This document shows, piece after piece, positions 1 to 13,000 of a DNA stretch of 64,000 nt. The notes below the pieces were generated by a model, which searched no databases, was not told where the DNA came from, and saw nothing but the letters and a program-made list of their open reading frames with translations. Every line of letters starts with the position of its first letter. Position 1 is the first letter of the stretch. A program made the translations under genes and the position numbers. The DNA is taken from contig JAYWIR010000018.1 of NCBI GenBank assembly GCA_036172245.1, positions 2,914,001-2,978,000 of the forward strand. The letters are read 5' to 3'. The DNA is from Raillietiella orientalis (lineage: Eukaryota).

Positions 1-726
1 TGCGAAATTGCAAGGAATGGGCGCCTGCAGCGTCGCTCCCGTCACTCTTGGGAGGGTGGAACGAGCTGCACTCCGGGATTCTTCAGCCGTGCACCAGGGT
101 CCATCACTTCCCTATGTCGGGAACGGCTTCATCGGCGCACCTGCTAGTGAATCGCCCGTTCAGGCTGCCGTGGCGTCCCTCCTTCGAAAGTTGACCCTCG
201 CTTCCGGCTCGATGCCGAGAATCGACTTGTTGCTTCCGCACTATTTGTTTGTTTTCTTTTGCGAGCCGATGAATAGAGAACTGCATGCTCTGCGATCCGG
301 GATACCTCCTGTTCCCGTCGCTGCGTCTGTCCCCCGGCTGCTTTTTCCAAGAGGACAACCAGATCGGATGCAAGCGCAAGGTTTAGCGTCGCGAAGGAGC
401 AGTGACTCTTCGTTCTGCATTTCATCTTTCTCTCCGTCTTCCGTTTCTTCTTTTTCTTCCTTCTCTTTTCTCTTTGGAATCACGTCATGATTGCAGGAAG
501 GCCTGCGTACCGCAACTGCCATCTCTGGTCTCTGGTTCTTCCCCTTTCCTTGCTGCAGGGAAAGAACAAAACAAACGTACGAACCTTCTTCGCATCCTGT
601 ACAAGGACGAGCACGCACGTGCACACACACAAAAAAATCAACAGGCGGATTCTTCTGCTTCCTCAGAATTCTTTTCGTGTCACAAACACCGAAATGAAAG
701 AATTTTTTCCCCTAATTTTGTTTTTT

Positions 727-732
727 TTTATT
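727..732 (-). promoter_or_regulatory. Candidate polyadenylation signal AATAAA of the LamG/EGF gene
   Basis: + strand tttatt at 727-732, about 146 nt downstream of the stop codon. It adjoins a genomic A-run, so it could be fortuitous. Confidence 0.45.
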
Positions 733-877
733 ATTGGTGATGGAAACTTTTGAATTTGTGATTCCATGTGATTGTGACGCCACGAATCCAGCTGTTTACG
801 ACGATGATTGCATGGGAAAGGCTCGCTCTGAGATGAGGATGTAGAAGAATTATCACAGATAAGGCTCGTGAAATCAG

Positions 878-1026
878 TCACTGGCAGAGCTCCACGTTGA
901 CGCCCGCTGCCGCGTCGGCCAGTAGGTTTACGGTCACGCCAGTGGTCACGCGAAGGTCACTGATGCAGCCAGTGAAGCTCTGCTTGTAGCGTCCTGTGGA
1001 CAGGAAACGCATGTCTTTGAGTCCAC
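878..1026 (-). CDS. Last coding exon: end of LamG3 (GGLKDMRFLSTGRYKQSFTGCISDLRV...AAAGVNVELCQ*)
   Basis: Acceptor tcttccctcag; typical LamG C-terminal F-x-GCI...G-x-NV-x-x-C motif; TGA at 878-880. Confidence 0.93.
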
Positions 1027-4000
1027 CTGAGGGAAGAGAAATCCAGGATTTTCCCGGGTCTCCTTGCATTCATCTCAACGTTACCCAGATACAGTCCGGA
1101 GTCCGTGGTCATCTCTTTCGCTCCTGTTCGCGCATGACCCCGTACAACGGGTCCCTCGTCCACTTGCAAGCTGCTATGCAATCCGATTCTGAAAAATAGA
1201 AAGGGAAATAAAGTCGGGTTGCACAGCAACCACTGGCATCTGAGTCTTGCTGCCTTCGGAGTGGCTATGAAGAGCTCACGCAGGTCAGGAAAAGGTAGGC
1301 AACGGTCGAACGTGTCGGCGCTCGATGATGCAGCGCCAAGGGTCTTCCCATTTAGGGCTGAATTCTGAATCCAAGCTGAAAAGGGGGAATCCAGGACACC
1401 CGCGAATCCGAACCTCAGCCTTCCCGAAGGCCGCGTCGGGCTCCCGCGGCCGGCCTTGGAGCAACGCCTCCCGCAGTCGATAGTCGCTTTCGAGCCACTC
1501 GGAATATGCGCTGGCACCGCCGCTGGTTAGCGCACGCAGGGACAGCCGAGTGCCCACATCAGCCTCAGTCTCTTGAAACGCACGGCCTCACGAGAAAGCT
1601 GGCGAAAAATGGAAGAGGACTTGGCGGCGGGTCCATAAAAGAGCGATGGATGAAACGGACACTCAAGAGCAGGGGCAGCACTCAGCATCAGGAAAGGGCG
1701 ACCTCCCCGTCCTCCTTTCCAGGTTCATTCATGGAGACAGATGATGTGCCAAGGCACTGCGTGTGACCAGAAGCCTCTACAACCCTGACGGTCTGGCTAC
1801 AGAGCTCCCCGATTTGTCTTCCCTAAGCTTGGAGTTTCTTGGAAGCCATCCAATGGTTCCAGCTCTGCCGTTCCCTTGTGCAAACACCAACAACGCCACT
1901 GCCACCGTTTCTTGAATCCCCCGCCTGGTTCTTTTGCTCTAAGTCTCGAGAAGGCGAGAAGCGCGCCAGTCGGTCGCTGACGCCTTTGTCTCCCTGGCGC
2001 GCGCCGCGAGCGAGAGGGATCGCTCGCGTCGTTTCGTTGGGACCCTCGGTAGTGGAGCCTTCCTGCCCGCGCTTCGGAGTCGGTCGCCTCCTTCCGCTTG
2101 CTGGCCTTTGCACGGGGGCGCTTCGGCCATCCTGCTTGCTTCCGTTCGCCGTACGCGCCCGACGTCGGACGGATCGCACGGGTCAGCGTCCGCCAGGTGC
2201 GCCTGGCTGCCCGCCGGTTGCAGGCGGGGCTGCGCGCAGGGTGCCGGCACTCTCGCGTCCCTCGGTGGCTGCCGGGTGTGGTCTGTCCGGCAAACCAGGG
2301 ACCGCCGCTCGTTGCCGGCCAAGGGAACCGTGCCGTGGTGGACGCGTGCTGCCCCACCCCGTGGGGAGCGCAAGTTCCATCTTGCGGCTGCCGGTATCAT
2401 TATCTTCCTGCTCATTGGCCAGTCGTATCTTCGCCGCCCGTTGATCCGTGCGTCCAGCCTGCCTTACTGTAGTCCGTCCGGCTGGCTGGCTGGTTGTTTG
2501 TGCCGTGCTCGCGACGAAAAGGGAGTCTTCCAGTGGTGTCCCCACCCACTCTCTGCCCGCAGTGGCGTCGTCTCAGTCGGGTGCTGACGCTGCTACTGTT
2601 GCCTCGCGGCAGCAGGCAGGCAGCTCTGCGCGTTCTCCGTCCTTCGTTCTCCCCGCCTGCTCCGGGTCTTCAGCACGAGACGCGTAGCGGTGGTCGGACG
2701 CCGTTGCCCCGGGACAGCGGATGCGGTCGCAGTTGGGACGGCATTCCAAGGAAATGGGTCGTCCGTGGTCCAGCACTTTGCTTGTGCCACTCTCCCGATC
2801 AGAACTACCGGTTCGCAGGGCCGCCGTTGCAGATGCGGCGGCGGAGGATATAGGCTCCTCCCGTGCTCCCAACACTTCTATGTGCATTATCGACTCCGTA
2901 TCGAGGAGTCCCGTCTCCCTCTCAACCGGCAGACGGAACAGCGCGCCTCTGCGGGATCCGCAGAAATTCGCGGTGGCTAAGGCAGAGCAGGAGGGAGGCT
3001 GCGCTCTGGTTTGGCGACTTTCCAGGAGGGGAAGAAGGAACGTTGGGAAGGGGAAGCTGACCAAGAGAGCGCGCAGAGGAGCTAAGACCCCCAGGAAGGA
3101 GATCGTTCTCCTCGAGAACGCACCGAATGAGAGTCACCGAGTGCCACGTGGCGTTGTCCATGACGTTCGTGGCTCCCCGGAGGACGACGTCATCTCCTCC
3201 GAGATTGTAGCGCATTTCCACGTAGCCGCCGACCAGCGCCAGAGCGAGGAAGCTGCTTGAAGCACTGGGGTCGGTCGATCCCATCCAGAGGAGCAGTCCG
3301 TCATCCATCAGTGGTCGAAACTCCAGCCTGATGTCGCTGACAAGGCCATTCAGCCTACAAAGGAGGCAGAGTAGGATCTCCTCCGAGATCCCCGGCCTAG
3401 CCTCACCCGTAGCCCTCGCTGGCGTAGTGCAGGTAGCCATTGCCTAGAAACATTGGATCGTTGTCCAGTCCGTGCTGCAGCCTAGTCGCGCAGGTGTTTC
3501 CGCTCCAGCCCAGGGCGCAGGCGCAGGAGAAGGCACCTTTCTCCGGGACACAAATGCCCCCGTTTCGGCAGGGCTGCTCCGCGCACGCGTGGCGCTGGCA
3601 GCTCTCCAGGGCACGCGCGGACAGGGCGTCTCCCAGCAGCCTGAAAGGCCGCCTGTTGATCTCCATCTGCGTGGAGGGCGTGAGAACAGGGAGCGCTCCT
3701 ACCGGGAAAGGGGGGGGGGAGGCTTGGGAGGGGAAGAACGGCCTACCTGCTCGATGCAGCCCCGAAAGTTCCCTCCGCGCAGAGAAGGGGGCAGCAGCAG
3801 CCGCGGCGAGAGAACGCCGCCCACCCAGAAGTGCTTCGGAGTCGACATGCGGGCGAAGGCTCCCGGAGAAATCTGCATCGCCCGCGGCTGCCCTTCCACG
3901 GCGACCAGGACCAGGCGGCCTGTGCGGTGGGCGTGAAACCTGCACCACTCTCCCATAGGGATGGCGCGGGGACTCCTGGAAGAGAAAGCAGGCTTTTCCG

Positions 4001-7000
4001 GCGGCCTCGAGATGTTCGCCGCGCCTCTCCTCGGATAGGAAGGTGAGGAAGCGAAGGAGGCGCTGAGCTGGAAGCACGGCTCACCCCACCATCTCCGACC
4101 CTGCCTCTGGACAGCAGGAGGAGGAGAGGAGGGAGAGAGGCAAACACCGGCACACAGCAGCGGCAGCTCCAGGGAGCAGGCTGCCCGTCGCCAGCGCTCC
4201 CGTAGCGTGTCGCAGACCTGGAGGCATCCGAAAGGAAGCACGACGAAAGGCCCACCCTTCCGCCCTAGCTCGTGATCCGGTTAGCGTCGCATACCCAAGA
4301 AGGGTCCCTGAGAGGGTCCTTCTCGGGCCCGGGTGAGAGGGCAGTAAACTGGTGCCCGGGAGTTCCGAGCCCTCCTATCCGCTCGGTGCACGCCCACTCG
4401 CCCTTCGCCCTCGGAGGGACGACTGGCTGGAGTCGAGTCAAAAGAAAAGTTCCTCCCCCGCCATCCGAGCGAGAGAGTCCCCGGAAAACGGACGAAGACC
4501 GGGAGGAGAAGGGACCAGTGGCCCACCCTCAAAAATAGGCGTTTCTACTCCCTGACTGAAGCGCCTGCTCGTCCGAGGGCAAAAGGGGGGCCGGCAGCTG
4601 CACGGGTGGAGGAAGGTCGCCTGGGTTGAGCAGAAGGGCCGACAGCCCTTGGCTAGGACTGCAGAGGCCACGCATCGGAGGGTCGGCTCCCGCGTTTCAG
4701 AGTGAGGACTGGCAGCCCGCGCTCCACTTACGTCACCGTGGTCTCTCCATCCCCGGCGTCGAAGCATAGCTGGACGTGTCCGTCCTTCAAGGCCACCGCG
4801 AGGAAATCGCTGCCGCCTGTCGAGGAACCAGAGTAAAACAGCAGCCCGTTGGGGTGATCAGGGCGGAGGACCAGGTGAAGGTCAAAGGAGTGCCCTGAGA
4901 ACCTCGATGCTGAGTACTTCAAGAAGGAGGAGCCGTTGAACGATGGGATCTGGAGAAGCATAAGAAGACACGATCATTATTCCTTCACTCCCCTATTTTT
5001 TATTTTTTTTCTCTGGTGAGGAGAGAGAAGGGACGAGTGGCCTCATCGTGCATACGGGACGCTTCCCTGGAGGCCACGAGAGGTTTGCCGCGTCCTGATG
5101 TGCCCGTCTTTGGATAAATGGAAAGGTGGGGGAGCGAGAAGGAGTTCATGAGCCAGAAACAAGGCGCATCCGTCCCTTGCTCCGCTGCAGCCTCTGCCTC
5201 TGAAGTTGTTCTGCTCCAGAAGATACCACCGTTCATCCTCAGCGTTGACGATCTGAAACCCGTCGCATGGGTGCCGGCAGGGCGCACCTTCGGGAAGGGC
5301 GCATGTGCAGGCGGTGAGATCTCTAGGACACGCCCTCTCACTGCGCCGAAGACCAGACCGTGGTCGACAAAAAGACGCAACAAAGTTTCAGTACGGATCT
5401 AGAGGGCCGCCCTGAAACAGCTGGGCATTGGGGACCGCTCGACTATAGCCCCCACGGGAACAGATTCGAAGCTGAAGGCAGGTCTGATGCCCCAGGGGAA
5501 GAGAGAAAGGAGAGAAGAAGGAGGGCGTTGCCTGTTTCGCCCTCCAAAGGAGCACTCGCAGGGATGAGGGCGTTCGTAGCGGGGCTCTTGAGGCCAGAGG
5601 AACGGTGGGACGATGACAAACAACCACCGACGAGAGCGGTGGAAGCAGGAAGGTCACGTGCTCCTGGGCATCAAACCAGCGGGGTCGAACTCAGCTCGAA
5701 CCAGCCAGTCACTTCTGACCACAGGAAGAGAGAGGAGAGGGCAAGTGCTGGTGCCTGGTATCCGCACCTCCTCTGCTAATGACGCTTCGGTGTGTGCCCC
5801 CGCTATGGCTCGGGACTGGTTGACTAACAGCAAGGGAGGAACGGGAGAAGTGAGTGAAACCTGATGTGTGAAACGGTCTCCAGCGACCCCACCTGATCCA
5901 CTGTGGGCATTGAAAGAACCACTCTCCAGCCGCGCCACCCCCCCGTGAAGGCGGCACCAAACCAGCCCCCCGAGGAAGCTGGAAAATCGCCAATATTGCA
6001 GGAAGTTGCCCTCAGGCAGCGTGCGAACTCGCCCCCCAGGGAGGTTCTACATCTTCCTCCTCGTCGCCCGCTTGGTGGAGAAAATCCTTCCCCGAAAGTG
6101 CACAGGTAGCGCTCGTGATGAACGCGCCCTCAAGGACTGCAGTCCCGTCGTGAGGACGGGCTGGAGACAGCAGCCAGGCGGAGGCGGGAGTTGCCCCCCT
6201 CTCCTTCTCCCCTCGTCGTCTTCTCTCACCCCGTGTTTCCCGTTGCTAGGTCAACCAGCATCGACTGCTCGGTAGACGCTCTTCGCACGCGACGGTTCGA
6301 TTCCGAACTTGAAGCAGCCGGGCGGGTACCCACCGAAAATGCAGCTGTAGGAAAGTTCAGGAGTCATTCCGCGAGTCGATTCCATCCGAAGGTCATTGCG
6401 TTTCGTTCCTGCGTGCGTGTCTTCGCGTGTTCTAGGCTTTCCTTCCGGGACGCGAAGAGACGGCGCCTTTCTGCCAAAACGTCTCGCCACCTGGGCTGCT
6501 GTGGTCCGACTGCGCCGTCCAGCCTCTTCAGGAGGCAGACCCATTCTCGGAAGCCATCGAACCACTCTCGAAGCACCCTCCTGCCTTTCGGGTAATCTCA
6601 AGCCGACTTCGTTACTAGCAACTTCCGGCTGCCGATTGTTTTCTTCTTTTCCTTTCAGCACGACATGCGCGAGAGCTACCGTTCTCGTGGTCAGCTGAAC
6701 GTGCGCAAGACAGCAGCGCCTCTTGTGTGTCCGTTCGTTGTGTGCGCATGCCCAACAACTCGGGGTGCGGTTGCCTCCGAGCTCTCTTCTGCTCCTTCCC
6801 TCAAGCTTTTTTTTGTGCGTGTTTTGTACGTTGGTCAGCTGATCAAAACTCCCGATCCCCCTCTCCCTTTTTTTCCTGGCCTGTTTGTTTGTTTGTTGAC
6901 TGTGAATCACAAAGAACTTGGAATTTTTTCTTGGAAAATCGGAAATCTTCCGCGTTAAAGGCGACTCGGTTGGTGGCCACTTGCCCGAGATCCTCAGAGA

Positions 7001-10000
7001 GTGTATCACTCGGCTGGCAAGGAAACTACTGGGGGGAAGGGGGAGGGATCGAAGGGAAGGTTGCTCGAAGAGGCTATTCCGTCAGCAGATCGATCAGCAT
7101 CCACACGTCTCACGTGCAGCACCGGTTTTCGTTCCCGGCAAAAAGGGGGTTTCCGGTTCAACTTGCCCCTCCCTCCTCTCTCCCCCCTTTCATCGAGAGG
7201 AAAAAACCCGTTCTCGGAAGAAACAAGGGAAACCAGCCAATCCCTGTCCACCCGGTTCCCCCTCTTCATTCCCTATCGAAATCCCTGGCAGACTTTCAAA
7301 AGGCAAAGCTCGAGGCAGCATCCCTGGCACTCCCTTCCTCTGGTTACCGAAATCAGAGGGGATTTTTATCCCCGAACGATGGCATCAAACAGATCCAGCA
7401 GTGAAGGCGACGTTCCGATTTCGATTTGAGCTTCCCTTCGACGCTTTCGTACAAGGGTGCGGTGCCGTGTGAAGTGGAGGGGGGCGCCGGATCGAGGGTG
7501 TCATCTGACCTCTGGCTTTTAGACGAGATACGCGTAAAAACACCGTTCCGCTGTTGGCTCAGCTCGAACGGAGCCTCCGACCGCTTCTGCTAACGTGATC
7601 GAGCAGCTCGTTCGCCGGAAGGCAAGGCTGCCTAACCTCCACCCTACATGGCCACACTGAGGGCTGACTGAGAACGTTGCCTGCTCCCCTCGAGGTGCAA
7701 CTGACCCACAGGGTCCGCTGGCTCGGAAGTGCTTCCCTATATTGACATGGAAAGCGGAGGGTGGCAGCAGCACTTGAGTCGACCGAGAGAGAGGCGATTC
7801 CGGGAAACCTTCAGGGGGTGGCAGACAGGGCGAGAGAAGTAGAAGGCGCGCGTGCTTTCCGAAGTCAGCGGAACGCGGACTTGGTTTCAAAAGGGGGGGG
7901 GGGAAAGGATGCGGAAACGACGACGCTTCGCAGCACATCCGAGGTTCTTCGAAATCCTCCGAGCACATCTGCGTCGAGACGCGCTGAAATAGCGGAGCAT
8001 GCCTGGAATGCTGAGCGCTCAGTGAAGCAGCAGCTGACGCCGAAGGGATCTCCAGGTCCAGAGAGCAAGGAGAGAGGAAAGGAGAGAAACCGTCTCCCGG
8101 TACCTGGATGGATCTGAGGGTTCGCTGCCCTCGGTTCAAAACTGCGCCGTGTGGAGAAAGTGGCGAGTCTGGAGACCGCTGATTCGCTTTCGCGGCAGGC
8201 ACCTTCCGTGCTCACTGCGGTCCAATAAATCACTCGCGAAGCCGAGCAATCTCGCAGAGGGTGAAAACGAAGCTGCGACCACTTGCAGATTCGGGACGAC
8301 GGGAAAAAACAGGAGGCAACAGGAACCGGCGTTTGGGTCGCGGGATTTCGATCGACGCGCAGTCACCCTCTCCCTTCCTTCCCATAACTACGCAGCCGGT
8401 GAGACTCAATTGCTCTGAGGCGACGGCATCTGCCGAGAATTCCCATGAAGCATGAAATGCGACCGAAGTTCATCTCGTCGCCGGCTCGGGACGCGGCGGC
8501 TCTCTCCGACGCTCTTTCGGAAGATTTCGCGAATCTTTGGAACGCGGGTGCACCTCACAGAAGCCAGTAAATCATCTGCCCAATGTGGATGTGCCACACG
8601 AGCGCGCTGGTGCTGCTGATGCTCGCGCTGGAGGACTCGGATGCTGAGGAGTAATTGGCTCCGTTCGGAGATCCATTGCAAATCCGTGCGTGCTCTTCAG
8701 CAGTGGGGGGAGGGGGGGGGAGAGGAAAAATATTCATAGCCGGTCTTAAGCGCCACATGGCTGCTTCAGCGCCATCGATCTCTCGAGATTATTCAGGAAC
8801 TCGTTTTCCTCCGAATTAACGAGCGCAACGAGTACTGACGAGACGAGTACGAATGGTGCACGTTGAGCATTCACGGCGATACAATTAATGAGTGTGAATG
8901 CATGGGTATGAATAATGAGTGTTAATAGTGAGATGATGAGCGCCGACTATCTTTCTGCACTGCCAAACGGTGAGAGAGAGAGAGAGAGAGAGTTGGAAGA
9001 GTCTACTCTTAGGTCATGCACGCGGCCGTAGAAAGAACCGCGGAACCTTTCCGAAAAAGCTACGCCTCGCGTCAGCCGCGCCATCTCGTACGGCGCACCA
9101 ATATCTTTCAACTCTGCCGGGCTGGCTGCCGCCGGCGAAACGTCGACGTCAGACCAAGAGGATGGGTGATGCTGGCAATTCTTCTAAAGAGGCGCCGCGC
9201 GAAGGAGGTGCTTACTTGCAGGCTGGAAGGGATTTCACAGAATTCTCCGACATATCCAGGAGGACAAAGGCATGGAGAGTTTGGCGATGCAGGAGCGGCG
9301 CATTTTCCCTTACGGCCGCACTTGGACTGGTCGCAGACTTCTCTTTTGCAGTTTTCTGAAAGCAAAAAGAAAAACATCGTGTTAGTGTATCGTGCAATCC
9401 CACAGTGCACCGTGGCCTGTACAAAGAAGGGTTGAGAGAATTGATGCAAGCGGCAACACAGCCAGCACTGCGCTCGTAGGGGACTGACCGCGCCCAGCGC
9501 CCCATTCGCGACCACGCGGTTCTTGACAAACAGGTCATCCGGTCCGTACGACTGTTTCTCCGCTGAGCAGCTTCCATCCCGTTTCCAAATAATCGAGCGG
9601 GAGATGGCAGCCTGTTGGCCGCTTTCAGTCTTCCTGTAATTCTTCACTTCATTTCAAAAGATTCTTTTGGTTCTCGGCTCGGCGAAGTCGCAGCCATCTC
9701 AAGGACGCTAAGAATAGTTTTTCCGGGTCTCCGGCAGATCCGCTGCCTGTTGTGTTGGGAACCTTAACTTCCGTGCCGACGGTTTCTGCAGGGCTATCGA
9801 TTGCTTGCCTGAAGTCTACACAGACGATGGTGTACCACCGGAGCACGCCCACGCTTTGTCGACCGCGTCCTGAACTCGGTCTAGGAGTGGGAAAACTTTT
9901 GCTCCTCCTCACCGCAGTGTTCCCCTGACTTCTTGGGGTTACCCTGTGTACGAACCGGACGGTGGTCTGGGAGAGAAAATTCCCGATCCCTCCAGGGAAT

Positions 10001-13000
10001 TCCCGCCTCTCCCTTCCTCCGTTTTTGCCTTTCGGCCAACGCCCGAAAGCACGCAGCTCAGCCTCGCGTTTCCTTCTGATTTTATCGCAGCGACGCATCT
10101 CTGGCGTTCTTGGAGACCGAGCTCCCAATCTTTCCTCTTTTTGTATGCTTTTCCTCTCCTGATGGACGCATCTAAAAGCCGTTCTCGCAGGAGGCTACTT
10201 TGCTGTGAATTCAAGATTGGTAGCTCCTCTTTTGACTCTGACCCCGAAAGCATAAGCACAAGAGCATTCCATTTCCACTTTGCAAGATGTAATGAGAAGT
10301 ACGATTACGTTGATCAAGATTGTATTACTATCGTTATTATTACAATATTGTCACAGGCGTCCTGTGGTTATTTTTGACCAAATAGCTCTCGACTAATTCC
10401 CGATTCTAACTGGATGACGAATTTAGGCTTAATTTGTTACGGGGTTTCCCGTCTAAATGAACGGACGGGGAATGCAAGAGGACGGAGGCATGGCGACGGA
10501 GAGCAAGATAGGCGAGGCGAGGCAGAAGACGAGAAAAACACGTACTCCCCGAGACGGATAGAGATTTCCGAATGCCTGCCACGATAACAGCTCCTCCTAT
10601 TTCGGAAGCGGCCTACACGGACGTGCGAGGCCCTCCTGGCACAAGGAAAGACGAATGCAGGCAGCATGGGTCAGCAAACGGTCAAGAGGACGTGCGGAAT
10701 CCAAAACCTCGCTCACGTGACGCGGAATCAAGGTGGAGACACGGGTGACGATCCTTTCCTATCCTGCATCCTCTGTGAGTTTCCATGGAACCGTTCCCAA
10801 GGTACGAAGTACCAAGACCCGACACCCACAAATCACAACAGTTCCTGCGATTTTGATCGCTATCGTAAATCAGAATAGTTCCGTTTGAATTCCTCGATGT
10901 TCCACAGCCATAAACCAGCCTGGGGATCACATTTTTTGCTTGTATTTTTTTTTCCCTGACTAGGCTCCGTAAATTCCGTAAACTTGTTGGCCTATCCCTT
11001 TTCTGCCATTATCCGAAGGGTGAATTCGAAAATGGGCCAAGTGGATCGGGGGCCAAGGGGGAACGTGGTGGACGGGGATGTATCGGCTTGTCGTTAACGA
11101 GAAGTCAATCTCTGCTCTCTCCCACGTAAGAAATCGACAGCAAAAAGAAGCGTGTTCCTTATGTGGAGTGTTCAGCAGCCTCAAGGAACTGGAAGGAGGC
11201 GGAGGTGGGATTTCTGGAGGAGTGCTGGCAAAGATGTCTGACCTCTCCTTGTTCGTTTAGATGAAAGTCCTTTTGCTCTGACAACAACCATAGGGTGGTA
11301 GGACTTGTGGGAATGTGCTGGCAAAGCACAGCGCAAAGAGCTGCGTGAGGAAATGACAGGTACGGAAATGCTAGTTCATTGAATGCCCGCTAGATGGTAG
11401 CACGTTCGGAAAATAGGAAATTTAACGGAGGCTTCTTGAAAGAGTCGGGGACGATCGGTTTGCATCGTTCGAACTCGAAGTAGAAATGCATGAAAACCTT
11501 TTTTTATATTTAAGGCACCACATGAAAATCAAACAGCAGCATCCTTCATATCATAATCTGTGCAGCGAGATTCTGAAGTCCGATTTCACGGCTTATGCAT
11601 GATAACTTACGATAAGGCGTGTGTGAAGTGAGATGATTATCCAGAGAAGCAGGAATACAACGTCACGATCACAAAAGAAACTTTAGCCTTTAGTTAACGA
11701 TCTACTCAAGAATTGCATCCTCCTCCCGAAAGATCATGGAGCTGAGGTGAGGGCCAGCGCATGAGATGAGGCTTGCCTCAAATCTCCAAACGGTGCTTTT
11801 GTCACTTCCGGTAAGAACATGAGATGTGAAAAATTCACCAGCTCTTCGCATTCTACACCGCCACGTGTGACCTAGGGGTTTTTCACGCCACATCTCCATC
11901 ATGCACCGAGCACGAAAGCATGCTCCTTTCTCGAGAAAGCCCACTCAATCTGTTTATCATGTTTCCATTCCTCATAAGTGCAGGCAACTGGGCCATGCTC
12001 TGTCGGCTTCAAGTGTGGGAAACCTTTGGTCAACCTTTGGTTTCAGGCCTTCCAGGCAGAGAAGAAAGCACATATCTGTTGAGCAAGGAGCTGCTCATGC
12101 AATGAGCAACACAGACAGAAGAGCTCCGTGTGGTACCTTATGCATAGGTCAACAGTGAGCGATGACCCTTTCATGCCAACAGCTCTGATTCCTCCAACGA
12201 GCTGTTTCCAGACTTTGGAGAAGCGTTCTGGAATGCTCGCATGCCAACCTTTCCCCCAGCAATCCAATGCTTCTGTTTTTTAGAATTGCCAACGTTTTCC
12301 CATTGTTTAAGGAGCACTCTCGAACATTTGCTCCCTCGGGAGGGCTATAGGCCAGTTAAAATCCTCAAATGGATACGGACGCCCTTAAAGAAAAGGAACA
12401 TATTGACGGAATATTGCATAGTGTAACAGAATATCTGTCCAGGAAATGCATCCAGGATAATTTGCCGCATCTCAAGGTCGGGATTTTACATTTAGGAGGT
12501 GATTTTAGAATTCTGCCGTTCCCTACAGGAGAGATCCTGCGTCTTTGGATGATCTTAGGAATGCTGCTTTAAGAAGGGAGCCATAGGGTGCTTTTTGTGC
12601 ATAGTTGCTTATCTTTTCGACAGAGCAGAGGAACTTTTCCTCATTTTTCTCGATGATAATGCTTTCGGAAAGGATGTCCGGTCAACCAAAGATGAAGGAA
12701 GTTTTACTGCTACTTTTGGTGAAAACGAAAAAATTAAGGTCAGAAACTTCTACAAAAGTTACCGTGTTTCACGCATGCTGCGTCTCAGCTCGGCTGACGG
12801 AGATCACTTCAGGCTTACGGCTGTAAATTCCTATCCGTCGCATTATGCAGTCGATGGCGAACTCGCGTTCCGCTTCGAAGATGATGTAAAACACGCACAG
12901 ATATGGAGCGCGCACACAATGAGGATGCTAACAGAATAAATACAGCGAAAGATTTTCTTGTTCTTGGGATGATCCAAAAAAGAGAGGGAGTCCATTGTCC

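Noticed and set aside
12043..12267. BEL/Pao retrotransposon-like peptide (CWGKGWHASIPERFSKVWKQL)
   Set aside because: Only a loose tryptophan-spacing resemblance; adjacent RT or RNase H motifs were not found in any frame.
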